64,000 nt of DNA from Candidatus Kaiserbacteria bacterium (GCA_016182485.1 JACPGH010000006.1:26461-90460); one strand, 5' to 3'; shown: positions 17,303 to 27,514, counted from the first letter of the stretch. A program made the numbers and translations. The notes: generated by a model from the letters alone, not told the origin.

Positions 17303-18265
17303 TCAGCTTGCGTGGAGGGCCATCAGGAGGAGCGAGAGGTCGGGGGGCGTGGTGGGAACATGCTGGACGTAGCTCGCCAGGTGACTTGGGCGCACAGAAA
17401 CCGTTTTTATAATGAGCCCGAGCGGAGCCGGTAGTCGATTCTCACTGTCCCGTTCCAGCACGAAGAGGGTTCCGGGAAGGGCGTAGCCGTTCCGCAGAGT
17501 TTTAAGCTCATGCTCCAGGATCTCATCGTCAGTTACGGCAGAGAGAGAGACTGGGACGCCGTCGTGAATGAGCATCAGGGACGGTTCCGCGCTCATTAAG
17601 TCGAGAAGAGCTGCGTTCTGCTCGTGCGTGAATATTCTCCGTAACGCCTGATGCCTCAACGAACCGCTCGATACGAGAGAGATGTTTTCTATGTGGAAGA
17701 GATTGCGTAAGCAGATGGCGATATCTTCCGCAACCTCCCTGCGTACTTTGGAGGCGAGGGCGACGACGGTCGCGCGGCTCGCTTCCTTGCCGTAGGGTTC
17801 CCGCGTTACATAACCGTTCAGTACAGCCCCGATAATATCCTCGTCCGCGAGCATCTCCTCCGGTTCGAGCGGCATGTCAGAGAACGCGTCGGCTATGAGC
17901 TCCTCGCTGAAGACGATCGGCTCATTCGGATAAAATTGTTTCGAATGCATCTCAACGCTCGCCCAGGGTGCATCGACGGACGCCATGATCGCGTCCGCGG
18001 AGCCGCTGCCAGTGGCGCGCGCCATGTGCGGCGCTCCTTCTCGGATCAAAGTCTCTCCGAGCAAGTGCAGAGTGCGCAGCATAGCTCGCTCGATGGGCTC
18101 GTGCTTGTGTGAGCCTATTTCTATCCGGTGCACGGACAGGACCGACGGCCTTTCGCCTTCCCTATAGGACACGTAGGCACCGGCGACCGATTCCGGGCCG
18201 ATGTCTATCAGAACTTTATTGAGAGAATCCCTTTTTTTCGGCAGGATCGCCGTCAAAAAGCGCAT
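17303..18265 (-). CDS. Hypothetical protein, possibly actin-fold (FtsA/PilM-like) ATPase
   Basis: 320 aa. The N-terminal VLIDIGPESVAGAYVS resembles the phosphate-1 motif of FtsA/PilM. The assignment is weak. Confidence 0.4.
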   Translation of the reverse strand: MRFLTAILPKKRDSLNKVLIDIGPESVAGAYVSYREGERPSVLSVHRIEIGSHKHEPIERAMLRTLHLLGETLIREGAPHMARATGSGSADAIMASVDAPWASVEMHSKQFYPNEPIVFSEELIADAFSDMPLEPEEMLADEDIIGAVLNGYVTREPYGKEASRATVVALASKVRREVAEDIAICLRNLFHIENISLVSSGSLRHQALRRIFTHEQNAALLDLMSAEPSLMLIHDGVPVSLSAVTDDEILEHELKTLRNGYALPGTLFVLERDSENRLPAPLGLIIKTVSVRPSHLASYVQHVPTTPPDLSLLLMALHAS

Positions 18266-18333
18266 GTGGTAATTCTAACATCCCTTCTTCGCCTGAGGCT
18301 TCGGATGGGCACGGCAAGGCGTCGAAGGGCACG

Positions 18334-20220
18334 CTAAGCAAGCACCGCTTTTATCCTGCGCACGCCGGCTGAAGAAGCTTCTTCTTTAATTATCTTGAAT
18401 GTAGCCTTCCGATAAGAATCGTCGGGCTCTCGAATACTCGCTAGCTCGCGAGTATTCTCGACATGCGGCCCGCCGCAAAACTCAATGGAAAATGCGGAGT
18501 CGAGCGGTCCTACTGAATATACGCTCACCTGCTCGGGATACGCCGCCCCGAACTCATGCTCCGCGCCGAGTTTCTCCGCTTCGGCTTTCGGCATTTCCGT
18601 GCGGACGATCGGGAGGCCTTCGGCAATTTTTGCATTCACGATCTCTTCCACTCTTTGGATCTGTTCCGGCGTCATTTTAGCTCCATAGGCGAAGTCAATG
18701 CGCAGCCGCTCGCTCGTGATATTCGATCCGCGCTGATGCACGTCCGGGCCGAGCACTATCTGCAAGGCTTTAAGCAATAAGTGGTGCGCCGTGTGATATT
18801 TGACCGTCTGCTCCGCATGGTCGGCGAGCCCGCCAGCGAACTTCTGCGCGGCGCCTGCCCGTGAGAGCGTCTGATGGTCTTTCATTTTCGCCTGGACAGC
18901 CGCCATGTCGAGCGCGATGCCGCGTTCCGTAACGATCTCCTCGGTAAGCTCCACCGGAAATCCATACGTAGTAAAAAGCATAAAGGCATCAATCTCTTTC
19001 CCCATCTTCTCGAGCTCTCGGAGACCGTTCGCGAGCGTCTTTCTGAACTGCGCTTCCTCGCGCTCGAGTTCGTCGCGGATTATGCCCCCAGCCTCCTGCA
19101 CGAACGGATACTGCTCCGCATAGGCCGCGGCGAATCCTTGCCCCACTTCTGCTAGCACAGCGTCCTTGATCCCGAGCCTATCTGTTTCTCGTATTGCACG
19201 GCGGATAAGGCGGCGCAATACGTATCCTTGTTCGGTATTAGATGGCCGAATCCCGCTCGCTATCATAAATACTGCCGCCCGGACATGATCCAGCACGATA
19301 CGGAACGAGCGAATCGCCCCCTCATATTTTTTTCCTGACCGTTCTTCAAGTACGCCTCGCGGCATATTGAATACATCACCCGCATACAGATCCGAAGTAC
19401 CGACCGTTGTCGCAGCCAGCCTCTCGAGACCGCCGCCAAAATCCACGTTCCGATTCGGGAGTTCACCGAACGTTCCGTCAGGATTCTTGATGTATTGCAT
19501 GAACACCGAATTGCCTATTTCAATGAACCTGCCGCAATCGCAATTCGGGTGGCATTCCCCGCCCCACTTTGGGTCGTGCGGCGTGCCAAAGTCGTAGAAA
19601 ACTTCTGAATCCGGCCCTCCCGGCTCGCCGGGAGGCATTTTCTCAGGAACGCCCGCGCGGCTCCACCAATTTTTGGCGCTATACGAGAAAATGCGTCCAT
19701 TCTGCATTCCTTTTCTGTACCCCTCTTCTTCTGTGCCAATGCGTACTAGTTGCGCGTCAATCTCCTTTGCTTTGAACAAGCGCTGCCAGATCTCAACAGA
19801 TTCTGTATCGAGACCGATGCCCGTCTCTGGGTCGCCGTCAAAAACGGTTACATATATTTTTTGAGGATCGAATCCCAAACCCTCCTGGGGGTCTGTCAAA
19901 AATTCGAAAATCCATGGAAGTTGTTCTTGTTTGAAATAATCGCCAAGCGACCAATTTCCCAGCATTTCAAAAAAGGTCAGGTGACGATTATCCCCCACTT
20001 CTTCTATATCGCCGGTGCGTACGGCCATTTGTGAATCGGCCAATCGAGTTCCCAGCGGATGCGGCTGGCCGAGGAGATACGGCACTAAAGGCTGCATGCC
20101 GCTTGAAGTAAAAAGCGTCGTGGGATCGTTCTCCGGCACGATAGGCGCCGACGGGATGATGGCATGCCCTCGTTTTTTGAAAAAGTCAAGATAGCGCTTC
20201 CGTACCTCTGCGATGGTCAT
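18334..20220 (-). CDS. alaS: Alanyl-tRNA synthetase, short form lacking the C-Ala domain
   Basis: The catalytic core (FTSSGMQP, class II motifs) and the editing domain HTAHHLL...CGGPHV are present. The likely start is MTIAEVRKRYLDFF at 20220. The track ORF extends to 20259 and would overlap pepF. Confidence 0.9.
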   Translation of the reverse strand: MTIAEVRKRYLDFFKKRGHAIIPSAPIVPENDPTTLFTSSGMQPLVPYLLGQPHPLGTRLADSQMAVRTGDIEEVGDNRHLTFFEMLGNWSLGDYFKQEQLPWIFEFLTDPQEGLGFDPQKIYVTVFDGDPETGIGLDTESVEIWQRLFKAKEIDAQLVRIGTEEEGYRKGMQNGRIFSYSAKNWWSRAGVPEKMPPGEPGGPDSEVFYDFGTPHDPKWGGECHPNCDCGRFIEIGNSVFMQYIKNPDGTFGELPNRNVDFGGGLERLAATTVGTSDLYAGDVFNMPRGVLEERSGKKYEGAIRSFRIVLDHVRAAVFMIASGIRPSNTEQGYVLRRLIRRAIRETDRLGIKDAVLAEVGQGFAAAYAEQYPFVQEAGGIIRDELEREEAQFRKTLANGLRELEKMGKEIDAFMLFTTYGFPVELTEEIVTERGIALDMAAVQAKMKDHQTLSRAGAAQKFAGGLADHAEQTVKYHTAHHLLLKALQIVLGPDVHQRGSNITSERLRIDFAYGAKMTPEQIQRVEEIVNAKIAEGLPIVRTEMPKAEAEKLGAEHEFGAAYPEQVSVYSVGPLDSAFSIEFCGGPHVENTRELASIREPDDSYRKATFKIIKEEASSAGVRRIKAVLA

Positions 20221-20239
20221 AGGAGAAACGATACCACGG

Positions 20240-21988
20240 CTATTTGGTAAGCCGCTCAAGCTCCGCTACGTCGCGCTCGATGCTCTCCAGGCCTTCGACG
20301 AAGATATCCGGCTTCTTCGTATCTATCCCGCATGATTTGAAAATCTCATACGGCGACCTGCTCTCGCCGGCCGAGAGAAAGCCGTCCACTTTTTTAATGT
20401 ACGAGGGGTCGGCAGATACTTTTTCGTACAGGGCTTTTGATATGAGCTGACCATATGCGTAAGAATACACGTAGAAAAAACGCCGTATGTGACTCCAGTG
20501 CACGAAGAAATAGCCATCGACCTGCTCTAGCTCGAATGCCGGGCCGAGGTATTCCTTCATGTGAATGTTCATGAGTTCGGAGATCTGTTCTTTTGGAACG
20601 TATCCGTTCTTGCGGACGGCTCCATGCAGCGCTTGCTCGAAGCGGAAGCACGCTATCTGACGGAAGACGGTGGAAATATTATCCTGCACCATGTCATGAA
20701 GCGCGACGATTCGCTCTTCGGTAGGCAACATGCCGATAACCTTATGGAGCGCGGCCGTTTCGAAAAAAGTGCTCGCTGTCTCCGCGGTTGAAATTGGGAG
20801 CCCTTGGTAGAGGGGCCTCTGCTCTTTGGAACGTTCCGCGTGGATAGCGTGGCCCATTTCGTGCGCGAGCGTCTTGAGCGATTCGAAATTGTCGATGTGA
20901 TTCAGCAAGATGTAGGTAGGCACGGTAACGCCCGAGGCGCAGAAAGCGCCGCCGGACTTACCCCTCTTCGGGAAAACATCGACCTGGGCCTTATCTAGCA
21001 GCCGATCGAATATCTCCGCATATCGCGCGTCGAGCGATCCGAATGCTTCGCGTACGATGCGTACCGCCTCGTCAAACGGCACTTTCGTCTTTAATTCTCC
21101 GATGTGCGCGGAACGGTCGGCGTAGACAAGAGAATCTACGTTCAGCAGCCGCCGCTTTACCTCATAGAACCGATGAGATATCGAGGCATGCGCATGAACG
21201 GCGTCAACGAGCGCGAGAATCGTTTTGGGATCATTTTGGTATCCTCGGATGGTGGCATCAAAAGGCCTTTTGTATCCCCGCAGTTCATCTTCAACCTTCT
21301 TTGTCATATATATCGCATTGATCTCGCTCTCCGCTATGTCAGAGACGCCTTCGTACACTTCGCGCACGCTGGCGTAAAGGCGTCTCCGTTCTTCAGTCGG
21401 TAAATTCTGTATTTTGGCTTCGGCTTCCGCGAGCGGAAGGATAGCGCCTGCGAAAGAAACCGTTTTTTTATTGAGTATGTTTTCAGTAGCCTGCACCCAG
21501 CGGCCGAACGAGACGTCGCCAAGGAGCGAGATCACCTTTTCTTCCAGCTCGGAGAGGTCATATTTGGCGCTTTCGAACAGTTGCGCGAGCCAATACCGAT
21601 AGTCCTTAAGCGCCGGGGATGCGAGGAATTTCTTTTGTACAGCCTTCGGTATCTTTCCCAGCTTAAGAGCGAAGAAAAGTATCAGATTCCCACGCTTGGT
21701 GCCGCGCTCATCTAGTTTGGCGGCCAGCGCCTCTGCGCCCTTATCTTCAACATTCAGTTCTTTGCGGAATGAGGCGTAATAGCCTGCCCGGCTTGCAGGC
21801 AGCTGGAAAATTTGTTCGTACTCGCCGATGGCCTTGGCAAGGGCCGCGGGATTTTTAAGATAATCGGTCCGCGCCCGATATTTCCCGGCAAAGGCGGCTA
21901 CTACCCTGTCTGCCTGCTTTTGGTCCCGCTCGATTCGCGCATCCTCCAGCCCCTCATAGAGGGAAGTTAGGTCCCATTCGGTCTTCAT
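20240..21988 (-). CDS. pepF: Oligoendopeptidase F (M3B family)
   Basis: HEMGHAIH zinc motif. The N-terminal MKTEWDLTSLY is a typical PepF start. Confidence 0.85.
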   Translation of the reverse strand: MKTEWDLTSLYEGLEDARIERDQKQADRVVAAFAGKYRARTDYLKNPAALAKAIGEYEQIFQLPASRAGYYASFRKELNVEDKGAEALAAKLDERGTKRGNLILFFALKLGKIPKAVQKKFLASPALKDYRYWLAQLFESAKYDLSELEEKVISLLGDVSFGRWVQATENILNKKTVSFAGAILPLAEAEAKIQNLPTEERRRLYASVREVYEGVSDIAESEINAIYMTKKVEDELRGYKRPFDATIRGYQNDPKTILALVDAVHAHASISHRFYEVKRRLLNVDSLVYADRSAHIGELKTKVPFDEAVRIVREAFGSLDARYAEIFDRLLDKAQVDVFPKRGKSGGAFCASGVTVPTYILLNHIDNFESLKTLAHEMGHAIHAERSKEQRPLYQGLPISTAETASTFFETAALHKVIGMLPTEERIVALHDMVQDNISTVFRQIACFRFEQALHGAVRKNGYVPKEQISELMNIHMKEYLGPAFELEQVDGYFFVHWSHIRRFFYVYSYAYGQLISKALYEKVSADPSYIKKVDGFLSAGESRSPYEIFKSCGIDTKKPDIFVEGLESIERDVAELERLTK

Positions 21989-22086
21989 TTTATATACAAT
22001 ACCAGTCCGCCAAATGAACAACAAATGAAGGGCAGAACCGCAGTTTTTCTGTATAAAATATACCGGTTGCGCTACACTTTATAGCA

Positions 22087-22452
22087 ATGGCCATTTCCGA
22101 CACCGTCATCGCTTTCGATTTCGACGGCGTCATCTCCGTGACGAACGGCTTTAACGGGCACGACGATATTCAAAAACCCAATCCAGAAGTAGTGACGGTG
22201 ATGCACAAGCTGCGCGAGGCGGGGATCAAAGTCATGATCCATTCCACGCGCGGGAACGCGTTCCTTGAAATGTACTGCGAGAAATTTTCTATTCCCTACG
22301 ACTACATAAACCAGAGACCCGACGTGGCCGGCGAGAATCCGGGCAAGCCTATCGCCTGGGTCTATATCGACGACCGCGCCCTAAATTATCACGGTCAAGA
22401 TGCCGACACCCTGCTCGAAGAAATAAAGCGCTTCAGACCCCATCGAGGTTAA
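22087..22452 (+). CDS. Small HAD-superfamily hydrolase (nucleotidase/phosphatase-like)
   Basis: Motif I is FDFDGVI. The C-terminal acidic motif is YIDDR. Confidence 0.55.
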   Translation: MAISDTVIAFDFDGVISVTNGFNGHDDIQKPNPEVVTVMHKLREAGIKVMIHSTRGNAFLEMYCEKFSIPYDYINQRPDVAGENPGKPIAWVYIDDRALNYHGQDADTLLEEIKRFRPHRG

Positions 22453-22487
22453 AGCCTGTCGATAGGCGTTTAGCGATGAAAGACGAA

Positions 22488-22526
22488 CAGCCCGGCCGGG
22501 GATAGGACCCGACACGGGCTGTTGAG
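22488..22526. terminator. Hairpin between convergent genes (stem ACAGCCCG...CGGGCTGT)
   Basis: Inverted repeat read from the sequence. It lies between the HAD gene end at 22452 and the minus-strand gene end at 22535. Confidence 0.4.
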
Positions 22527-22534
22527 CGGCTCGA

Positions 22535-23170
22535 CTAGGAGCCGGAAGGAGCGAGGTGCAGGCCGTACTTCGCGACCGCGTAGTGCGCGACACCAAGCAG
22601 GCCGCCTGCGAGCGCTCCGAAGACTGCGTGACCGAGGTAGTACCCGATCGCCGCGCCGAGGGCGGTGTCGCAGAAGCAGAGCAGGCGCATCTCGGAGTGG
22701 ACGAGGACGAAGAGATGACGCGCGAACCTCACGAGCAAGACGATGCTGTTGTACCTCCAGCATCTCCTGATTTGATCGTCTGCAGATACTAGGTCCACAC
22801 CTGCGCATGTCCATAGGAGTGCAAATGAGATACTGGCGATGGCAGAAATCATGATGAAAACGGCAGTGACCCACATCTGGTACTTAGGTTTCGCGGCCAG
22901 GAGAGCAAATCCTGCCGCAAAAGGTATGAGGTAGCTGCCGATCACGCACGTGGTGCCCCATAAGAGACGCCCGAACCTACGCATCTCCGGCGAGGACGCG
23001 CACTGCCACGCGACGGGAATCGCCGCGAGGAGGGCGCGCAGGTCGTACGCGGCCCAGGCGGCCACACCGCCGGCGAACGCGCCAAGCGGCCAGAAGACCC
23101 CGAGCTGGAGCGCGATGAAGGCACCGATGCCGCCGCCGAATGCCGTAGCGAGACCGATCCGTCCGAACAT
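22535..23170 (-). CDS. Hypothetical membrane protein with glycine-zipper-like segments
   Basis: Start at the ATG at 23168-23170 (MFGRIGLATAFGGGIGAF...), preceded by GGAGGA. The track ORF is 5'-extended. Confidence 0.5.
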   Translation of the reverse strand: MFGRIGLATAFGGGIGAFIALQLGVFWPLGAFAGGVAAWAAYDLRALLAAIPVAWQCASSPEMRRFGRLLWGTTCVIGSYLIPFAAGFALLAAKPKYQMWVTAVFIMISAIASISFALLWTCAGVDLVSADDQIRRCWRYNSIVLLVRFARHLFVLVHSEMRLLCFCDTALGAAIGYYLGHAVFGALAGGLLGVAHYAVAKYGLHLAPSGS

Positions 23171-23251
23171 TGTCGTGTCCTCCGTTGTACTGCGTGTGAG
23201 ATGCCGGTTGTTGACAAGGACCGAGAACTCTCGTCTCAATTTACCATGTAT

Positions 23252-23944
23252 TTAAAGCCAGTCAATGGGAGGCATGCCGTGGGCGACGAGATACTCATTC
23301 GATTTGCTGAAATGTTTGCAACCGAAGAAGCCGGAGGCGGCCGAGAACGGGGAGGGATGCGGCGCTTCGAGCACTAAGTGTTTTTCCCGATCGATGTGCG
23401 CGCCTTTTTGCTTCGCGTAATTCCCCCACAGCATGAACACGAGATGCTCGCGCTCCCGCGAAAGCGCGGAAATTGCGGCATCGGTGAATTCTTCCCAGCC
23501 GCGGGACTGGTGGGAGCCGGCCTGGTGCGCCCGTACGGTAAGCGTCGCATTCAATAAGAGCACTCCTTGCTCCGCCCATCGCGTCAGGTCTCCGCTTCGG
23601 CCTGCTGGCCTCAGCACTCCCGCGCTCTCCGCTCGGTCGTCTAAGTCGTTCTCGATTTCTTTAAAAATGTTCTGCAAAGAGGGAGGCAAAGTAATCCCCT
23701 CTTCAACGGCGAACGCAAGCCCGTTCGCCTGCTTGACCCCGTGATAGGGATCCTGCCCGAGAATGACGACTTTCACATTATCGAAAGCGCACAAGTCGAA
23801 CGCGCGGAAAATGTCTTTGGGCGGCGGGTACACCTTCCCTTTCAAATATTCTTCCTTCACGAACGCCGCTAGCTCGCCGAAATACGGCTTCTCGAATTCT
23901 TCTGCAAGCTTAACGCGCCAGGACGGCTCTATTCTGACGTTCAT
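23252..23944 (-). CDS. ung: Uracil-DNA glycosylase, family 1
   Basis: GQDPYH water-activating loop and the HPSP leucine-loop region. Confidence 0.9.
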   Translation of the reverse strand: MNVRIEPSWRVKLAEEFEKPYFGELAAFVKEEYLKGKVYPPPKDIFRAFDLCAFDNVKVVILGQDPYHGVKQANGLAFAVEEGITLPPSLQNIFKEIENDLDDRAESAGVLRPAGRSGDLTRWAEQGVLLLNATLTVRAHQAGSHQSRGWEEFTDAAISALSREREHLVFMLWGNYAKQKGAHIDREKHLVLEAPHPSPFSAASGFFGCKHFSKSNEYLVAHGMPPIDWL

Positions 23945-24716
23945 GGACTGTCTTTTTATGGAGCGCCTGGAGTTTCTTGCCCGCCTCTTCGCGGTAGGTG
24001 CAGTAGTCGCACGGGCCGCCGCCGAACGCCGTGCCGATTGCGGGAATTTCCTCGCCGAGAAGCATCTGTTTCAGGTCAAAAAGCGCCGGCTCTACCCATG
24101 CGTCCGAGCCCGCATACGGAATGAGCTCTACATCGAACTCCAGCTTGCCGTCGAAAGCTTTGGCATCGGACTTTCCGTTTACGTATACGAAGTAGCCGGT
24201 CGGCGACACAGCGAACCCATTTTGGCGGAATAGCCATTGATAAATCTCCATTTGCCGCTTGTACGAATCGTACAGATCCTCTTCCTTGCTCGGCCCCACT
24301 TTTTTGCTCGTCGCCTTGTAGTCCACGATGATCAGCTCTTTCAATGGGTTAACCCACACGTCGTCCACGCCGCCCCTGATAAATAAATTAGTAGGAACAT
24401 GGTGAAATGCGATCCCGCGGCGGAGCGCGTCGCGCCACTCTTCCATCCGGTCATCGGCGAGAGGCACGGCTTCAAGGCCGTATCGGCTCATGAGCGGGTG
24501 GGCCGTACCGTTCCCGCGATGAATATCGAATTCGCGCTTCAAGAGCTCGTCCACCGCGTTATTGAGCGTGAATGACGGGCCCGAGGGCCGCTTCACGCCG
24601 AGACGCAGATCAAGGTAGGCGCAGCGCGGACATTCGGAAAAGAGATCGATCTTCGAGCGGCTTACCTTGAAGGGCTCCGCGGAAGCTGGATCAAATGTTC
24701 TTGCGCGCGAGGCCAT
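23910..24716 (-). CDS. Cas4-like PD-(D/E)xK nuclease with predicted 4Fe-4S cluster (DUF83/RecB-family), standalone
   Basis: N-terminal CPRC. The nuclease motifs are GGVDDVWVNP...IIVDYKAT (D...DYK). C-terminal CDYC. This is the four-Cys pattern of Cas4/AddB nuclease domains. It overlaps the ung start by 35 nt. Confidence 0.6.
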   Translation of the reverse strand: MASRARTFDPASAEPFKVSRSKIDLFSECPRCAYLDLRLGVKRPSGPSFTLNNAVDELLKREFDIHRGNGTAHPLMSRYGLEAVPLADDRMEEWRDALRRGIAFHHVPTNLFIRGGVDDVWVNPLKELIIVDYKATSKKVGPSKEEDLYDSYKRQMEIYQWLFRQNGFAVSPTGYFVYVNGKSDAKAFDGKLEFDVELIPYAGSDAWVEPALFDLKQMLLGEEIPAIGTAFGGGPCDYCTYREEAGKKLQALHKKTVHERQNRAVLAR

Positions 24717-24831
24717 ACCCCGTATGATTACATTGCGCGGTTAAGCGCGTTGATAAAAGCAGCCATATTACATCGCGTGGAAACACATTGCGAGAGCATA
24801 TAGTCTGTAAGAGTAATCATACGGGGCATAG

Positions 24832-25305
24832 CTATTGCATCGTGGCAAAATAAGCCACTACCCGGGCACCGGTATCGAAGTCGACATAAACGCTATTGAC
24901 CGCCGGGTCGAATGCCCCGAGATTGTCGTCCCGATACAGCTGGATCGCATAGGTACGTCCCGCTTGGGTGGCGCGCAGGAGAATAACGGTGATGTTGCTC
25001 CTCGGTCCCGATACGCGCGCCGCGCCGAGCACGTTCCCCATATCATTCCCGCTCATTTCGCGCACGGCTACCCAAACGCCCGGAGGCGGGACGGTCACCG
25101 ACTCGACGAATACCGCAGTCCCTGCGGGCTGGTCAGCCACATCTATCGCTCCGCCCGTGGCTGAGACGAGGGCTGTGCTTGTCGCGTGCGGAAGCTCGGG
25201 AGGCATCATCGATACATCCACGCTATCCCACATCATCAATGCGCCTACGAGCAGGACGCCGAGGGTCACTCCGGCTATGAACGAACTGGGAGAAATGCGC
25301 ATCAT
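24832..25305 (-). CDS. Hypothetical secreted/membrane-anchored protein
   Basis: 157 aa. An N-terminal hydrophobic segment is followed by a Pro/Val-rich domain. There is a 4-nt start/stop overlap with the upstream gene. Confidence 0.4.
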   Translation of the reverse strand: MMRISPSSFIAGVTLGVLLVGALMMWDSVDVSMMPPELPHATSTALVSATGGAIDVADQPAGTAVFVESVTVPPPGVWVAVREMSGNDMGNVLGAARVSGPRSNITVILLRATQAGRTYAIQLYRDDNLGAFDPAVNSVYVDFDTGARVVAYFATMQ

Positions 25306-26141
25306 AGCGAGAGAAGGCCTTCGGCCTCGGCATAAACGCTCCCGACCCGCTCGCTCGAGAGGTGGAGCATGTCCATCGATCGACGCTTCTTGACGAGCGC
25401 ATCGACGGTGATGAGCCCTTGAGCAATGAGGAGTTGTTTCTCCGCGTGAGAAAGTTCGGTTAGCGCGGTGAGCGGGTAGGTCTTGGCGCGCGTCATGCGG
25501 ACAAAAAGATTATCGTGTTCAGGATAGCCCCAGCCGAGCAACTCGACGCCGGCGCACTGCGCATACGATATCGCTTCGGAAGTGAATTTGGTATTCGTGA
25601 TGAGCACTCCCCTGTCGAGCGGACAGGCTCGTTTGTCCGGGGCGCAGGCGAAAATATCTTCGAAACGGCTGTGCACGTACAACGCCGTCTTTAAGTCAGT
25701 TTTATAGCCCGGATCGTTGTGGTACTTCAATTCTGCCGCCAGGTGCTGGCGGTCTCCGGGATGGGAGGCGTACAGATCGACCTCATGGAGGGCGCAGTGA
25801 CCCTGAATAAGCTTGCGCGTCCCTACCTGCCAGCCTTCAGCCCTATAAAGTTCCGATACGAAATCTTCGAACGGATGTCCCGTCGGCCCGAGTTCAAGAA
25901 GCGCCCGCCGCAGCGCATAGCGGGCGGCGATCGGACGCGCCTCCTTGCGCAGAAGCGTGAAGGCGCGCGTATATACCTCCTTCGAGGAAGCGCCCGGTAC
26001 GACGGTGTCCGTGATCCTTCGCGCGATCCGTTCGGCCGTGTGCGGACCTGCGCCTGCCCGTTCGAGTGAGGAGACAAGACGGGCGGGGTCAAAAATTTGG
26101 GACGTCCCGTCTGCTTTAACGATAACCGGCGCCGGCGTCAT
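25302..26141 (-). CDS. ATP-cone domain fused to Mrr-like (PD-(D/E)xK) restriction-endonuclease domain
   Basis: The N-terminus VIVKADGTSQIFDPARLVSSLERAG is an ATP-cone. The core HEVDLYASHPG...AAELKYH is a D-x(n)-ExK motif. Confidence 0.55.
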   Translation of the reverse strand: MTPAPVIVKADGTSQIFDPARLVSSLERAGAGPHTAERIARRITDTVVPGASSKEVYTRAFTLLRKEARPIAARYALRRALLELGPTGHPFEDFVSELYRAEGWQVGTRKLIQGHCALHEVDLYASHPGDRQHLAAELKYHNDPGYKTDLKTALYVHSRFEDIFACAPDKRACPLDRGVLITNTKFTSEAISYAQCAGVELLGWGYPEHDNLFVRMTRAKTYPLTALTELSHAEKQLLIAQGLITVDALVKKRRSMDMLHLSSERVGSVYAEAEGLLSL

Positions 26142-26539
26142 AGCGAAGAAGTTGTTGCCGGAGAACCGTTAACCGTGACGGAAATCGGCAAGGCCGGCGG
26201 CGCGTCGATCTGAGTTGAAAAGGTTACTTTTGTTGGAACTTGTAAGCAGATGCCCGGATCGCTCTCGACCGCAATTGAGAGATTAATCTCCGCATCCGTG
26301 GACGTAGCGACAACGGTCGCGCTCGAACATGCATTCGGAGCCTCGAGAGAGCCGGTTATGCTATGAACGCCTTTCTTATAGGTATCGCGGATCGAGACGG
26401 CCGAGGGTATTTCAGTGACAAACGAATTAAGCGGAGCGTGCGTTGGGACGTCGCGCGCGCGAGGGACTGACAGGCCAAAAATGATCAAGATGCAGATAGC
26501 TATGATTATTGTGGCCGTCCGCAGGTGTCCTTGGATCAT
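26138..26539 (-). CDS. Hypothetical exported protein
   Basis: 133 aa with a signal-anchor (IIIAICILIIFGL). It is translationally coupled to the next gene through an ATGA overlap. Confidence 0.4.
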   Translation of the reverse strand: MIQGHLRTATIIIAICILIIFGLSVPRARDVPTHAPLNSFVTEIPSAVSIRDTYKKGVHSITGSLEAPNACSSATVVATSTDAEINLSIAVESDPGICLQVPTKVTFSTQIDAPPALPISVTVNGSPATTSSL

Positions 26540-26584
26540 TGGACCATCATACCATCTTAAGAAACCGACAATTTGCGAGTCTGC

Positions 26585-27514
26585 TTAATTAATTATCCCG
26601 CCGCCTAGCAGTTTAGATCCATTATAAAAAACGATCGACTGGCCCGGAGTGGCAGGAAGCGGCTCGGCCGCAATGAATCTGTTCCCGTTAACTCGCCCTG
26701 GGACAGGCGGGCAGCGATACCGCGTTTGCGCATGTGTGACTGCTTCTTTCGGTCCATGCCAGTTCTCGCCTGCGAATCGGATTCCCGTGCTTCCGTCCGC
26801 GCGCGTTCTCGAAACTTCGATAGTTCCTTTCGCGACATCTTTACCGACGACATACCAGGGCCCGCCTTGCCGCGGGACCCGCTGACCGATCGTATACAGC
26901 AGCGCCTCATTATCAGTGCCGAATTCTCTCTTCAGGAATTCCGCTACTGAGACCGACCCGAGAAAGCAGATGCCTTGACTGTCTTTCTTTTCGGCAACGG
27001 GTAGATCGAATTCCTGCGCCAACTTGCGCACCGCTTCTTTTTGCATGTCGCCTACGGGGAAAATTGTCGCGGCGAGTATCTCCTTCGGCACGGCCCATAG
27101 AAAATAACTTTGGTCTTTTTCGCCCGATCGGTAATGCCCCGTCGCGATAGCACCCGCTCCCTGCTTCGTCGCGAAGCGATGGAATGCGCCGAACTTCACC
27201 TCCCTATTGCACATGACGTCCGGGTTCGGCGTTCGGCCGGCGCGGTATTCGGAAAGCAGGTAATCTATGACGCCTTTCTTGTACTCGGCGCTCGCGTCGA
27301 GCGTGAGAAACTGAATGCCAAGCCGCGCCGCTATAAGCATCGCGTCGCGGCGCTCTCCCGCCCAGGCGCACGGCATACCGGGAGGATACCAGCCCTTGAT
27401 GAACACGCCGGTGACCTGCGCACCCGCCTGCTTCAAAAGCGCAGCCGACACTGCGGAGTCCACTCCGCCCGAGAGTCCCACGAATATCCTTTTACCTTTA
27501 ACGTCTTTGAACAT
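26585..27514 (-). CDS. mnmA: tRNA-specific 2-thiouridylase MnmA
   Basis: SGGVDS PP-loop, with conserved Cys in the catalytic and C-terminal domains. Confidence 0.9.
   Translation of the reverse strand: MFKDVKGKRIFVGLSGGVDSAVSAALLKQAGAQVTGVFIKGWYPPGMPCAWAGERRDAMLIAARLGIQFLTLDASAEYKKGVIDYLLSEYRAGRTPNPDVMCNREVKFGAFHRFATKQGAGAIATGHYRSGEKDQSYFLWAVPKEILAATIFPVGDMQKEAVRKLAQEFDLPVAEKKDSQGICFLGSVSVAEFLKREFGTDNEALLYTIGQRVPRQGGPWYVVGKDVAKGTIEVSRTRADGSTGIRFAGENWHGPKEAVTHAQTRYRCPPVPGRVNGNRFIAAEPLPATPGQSIVFYNGSKLLGGGIIN

Noticed and set aside
22470-22874. 134-aa ORF overlapping the glycine-zipper membrane protein gene
   Set aside because: Arg/Pro-rich alternative frame. The membrane-protein frame has an SD-supported start.
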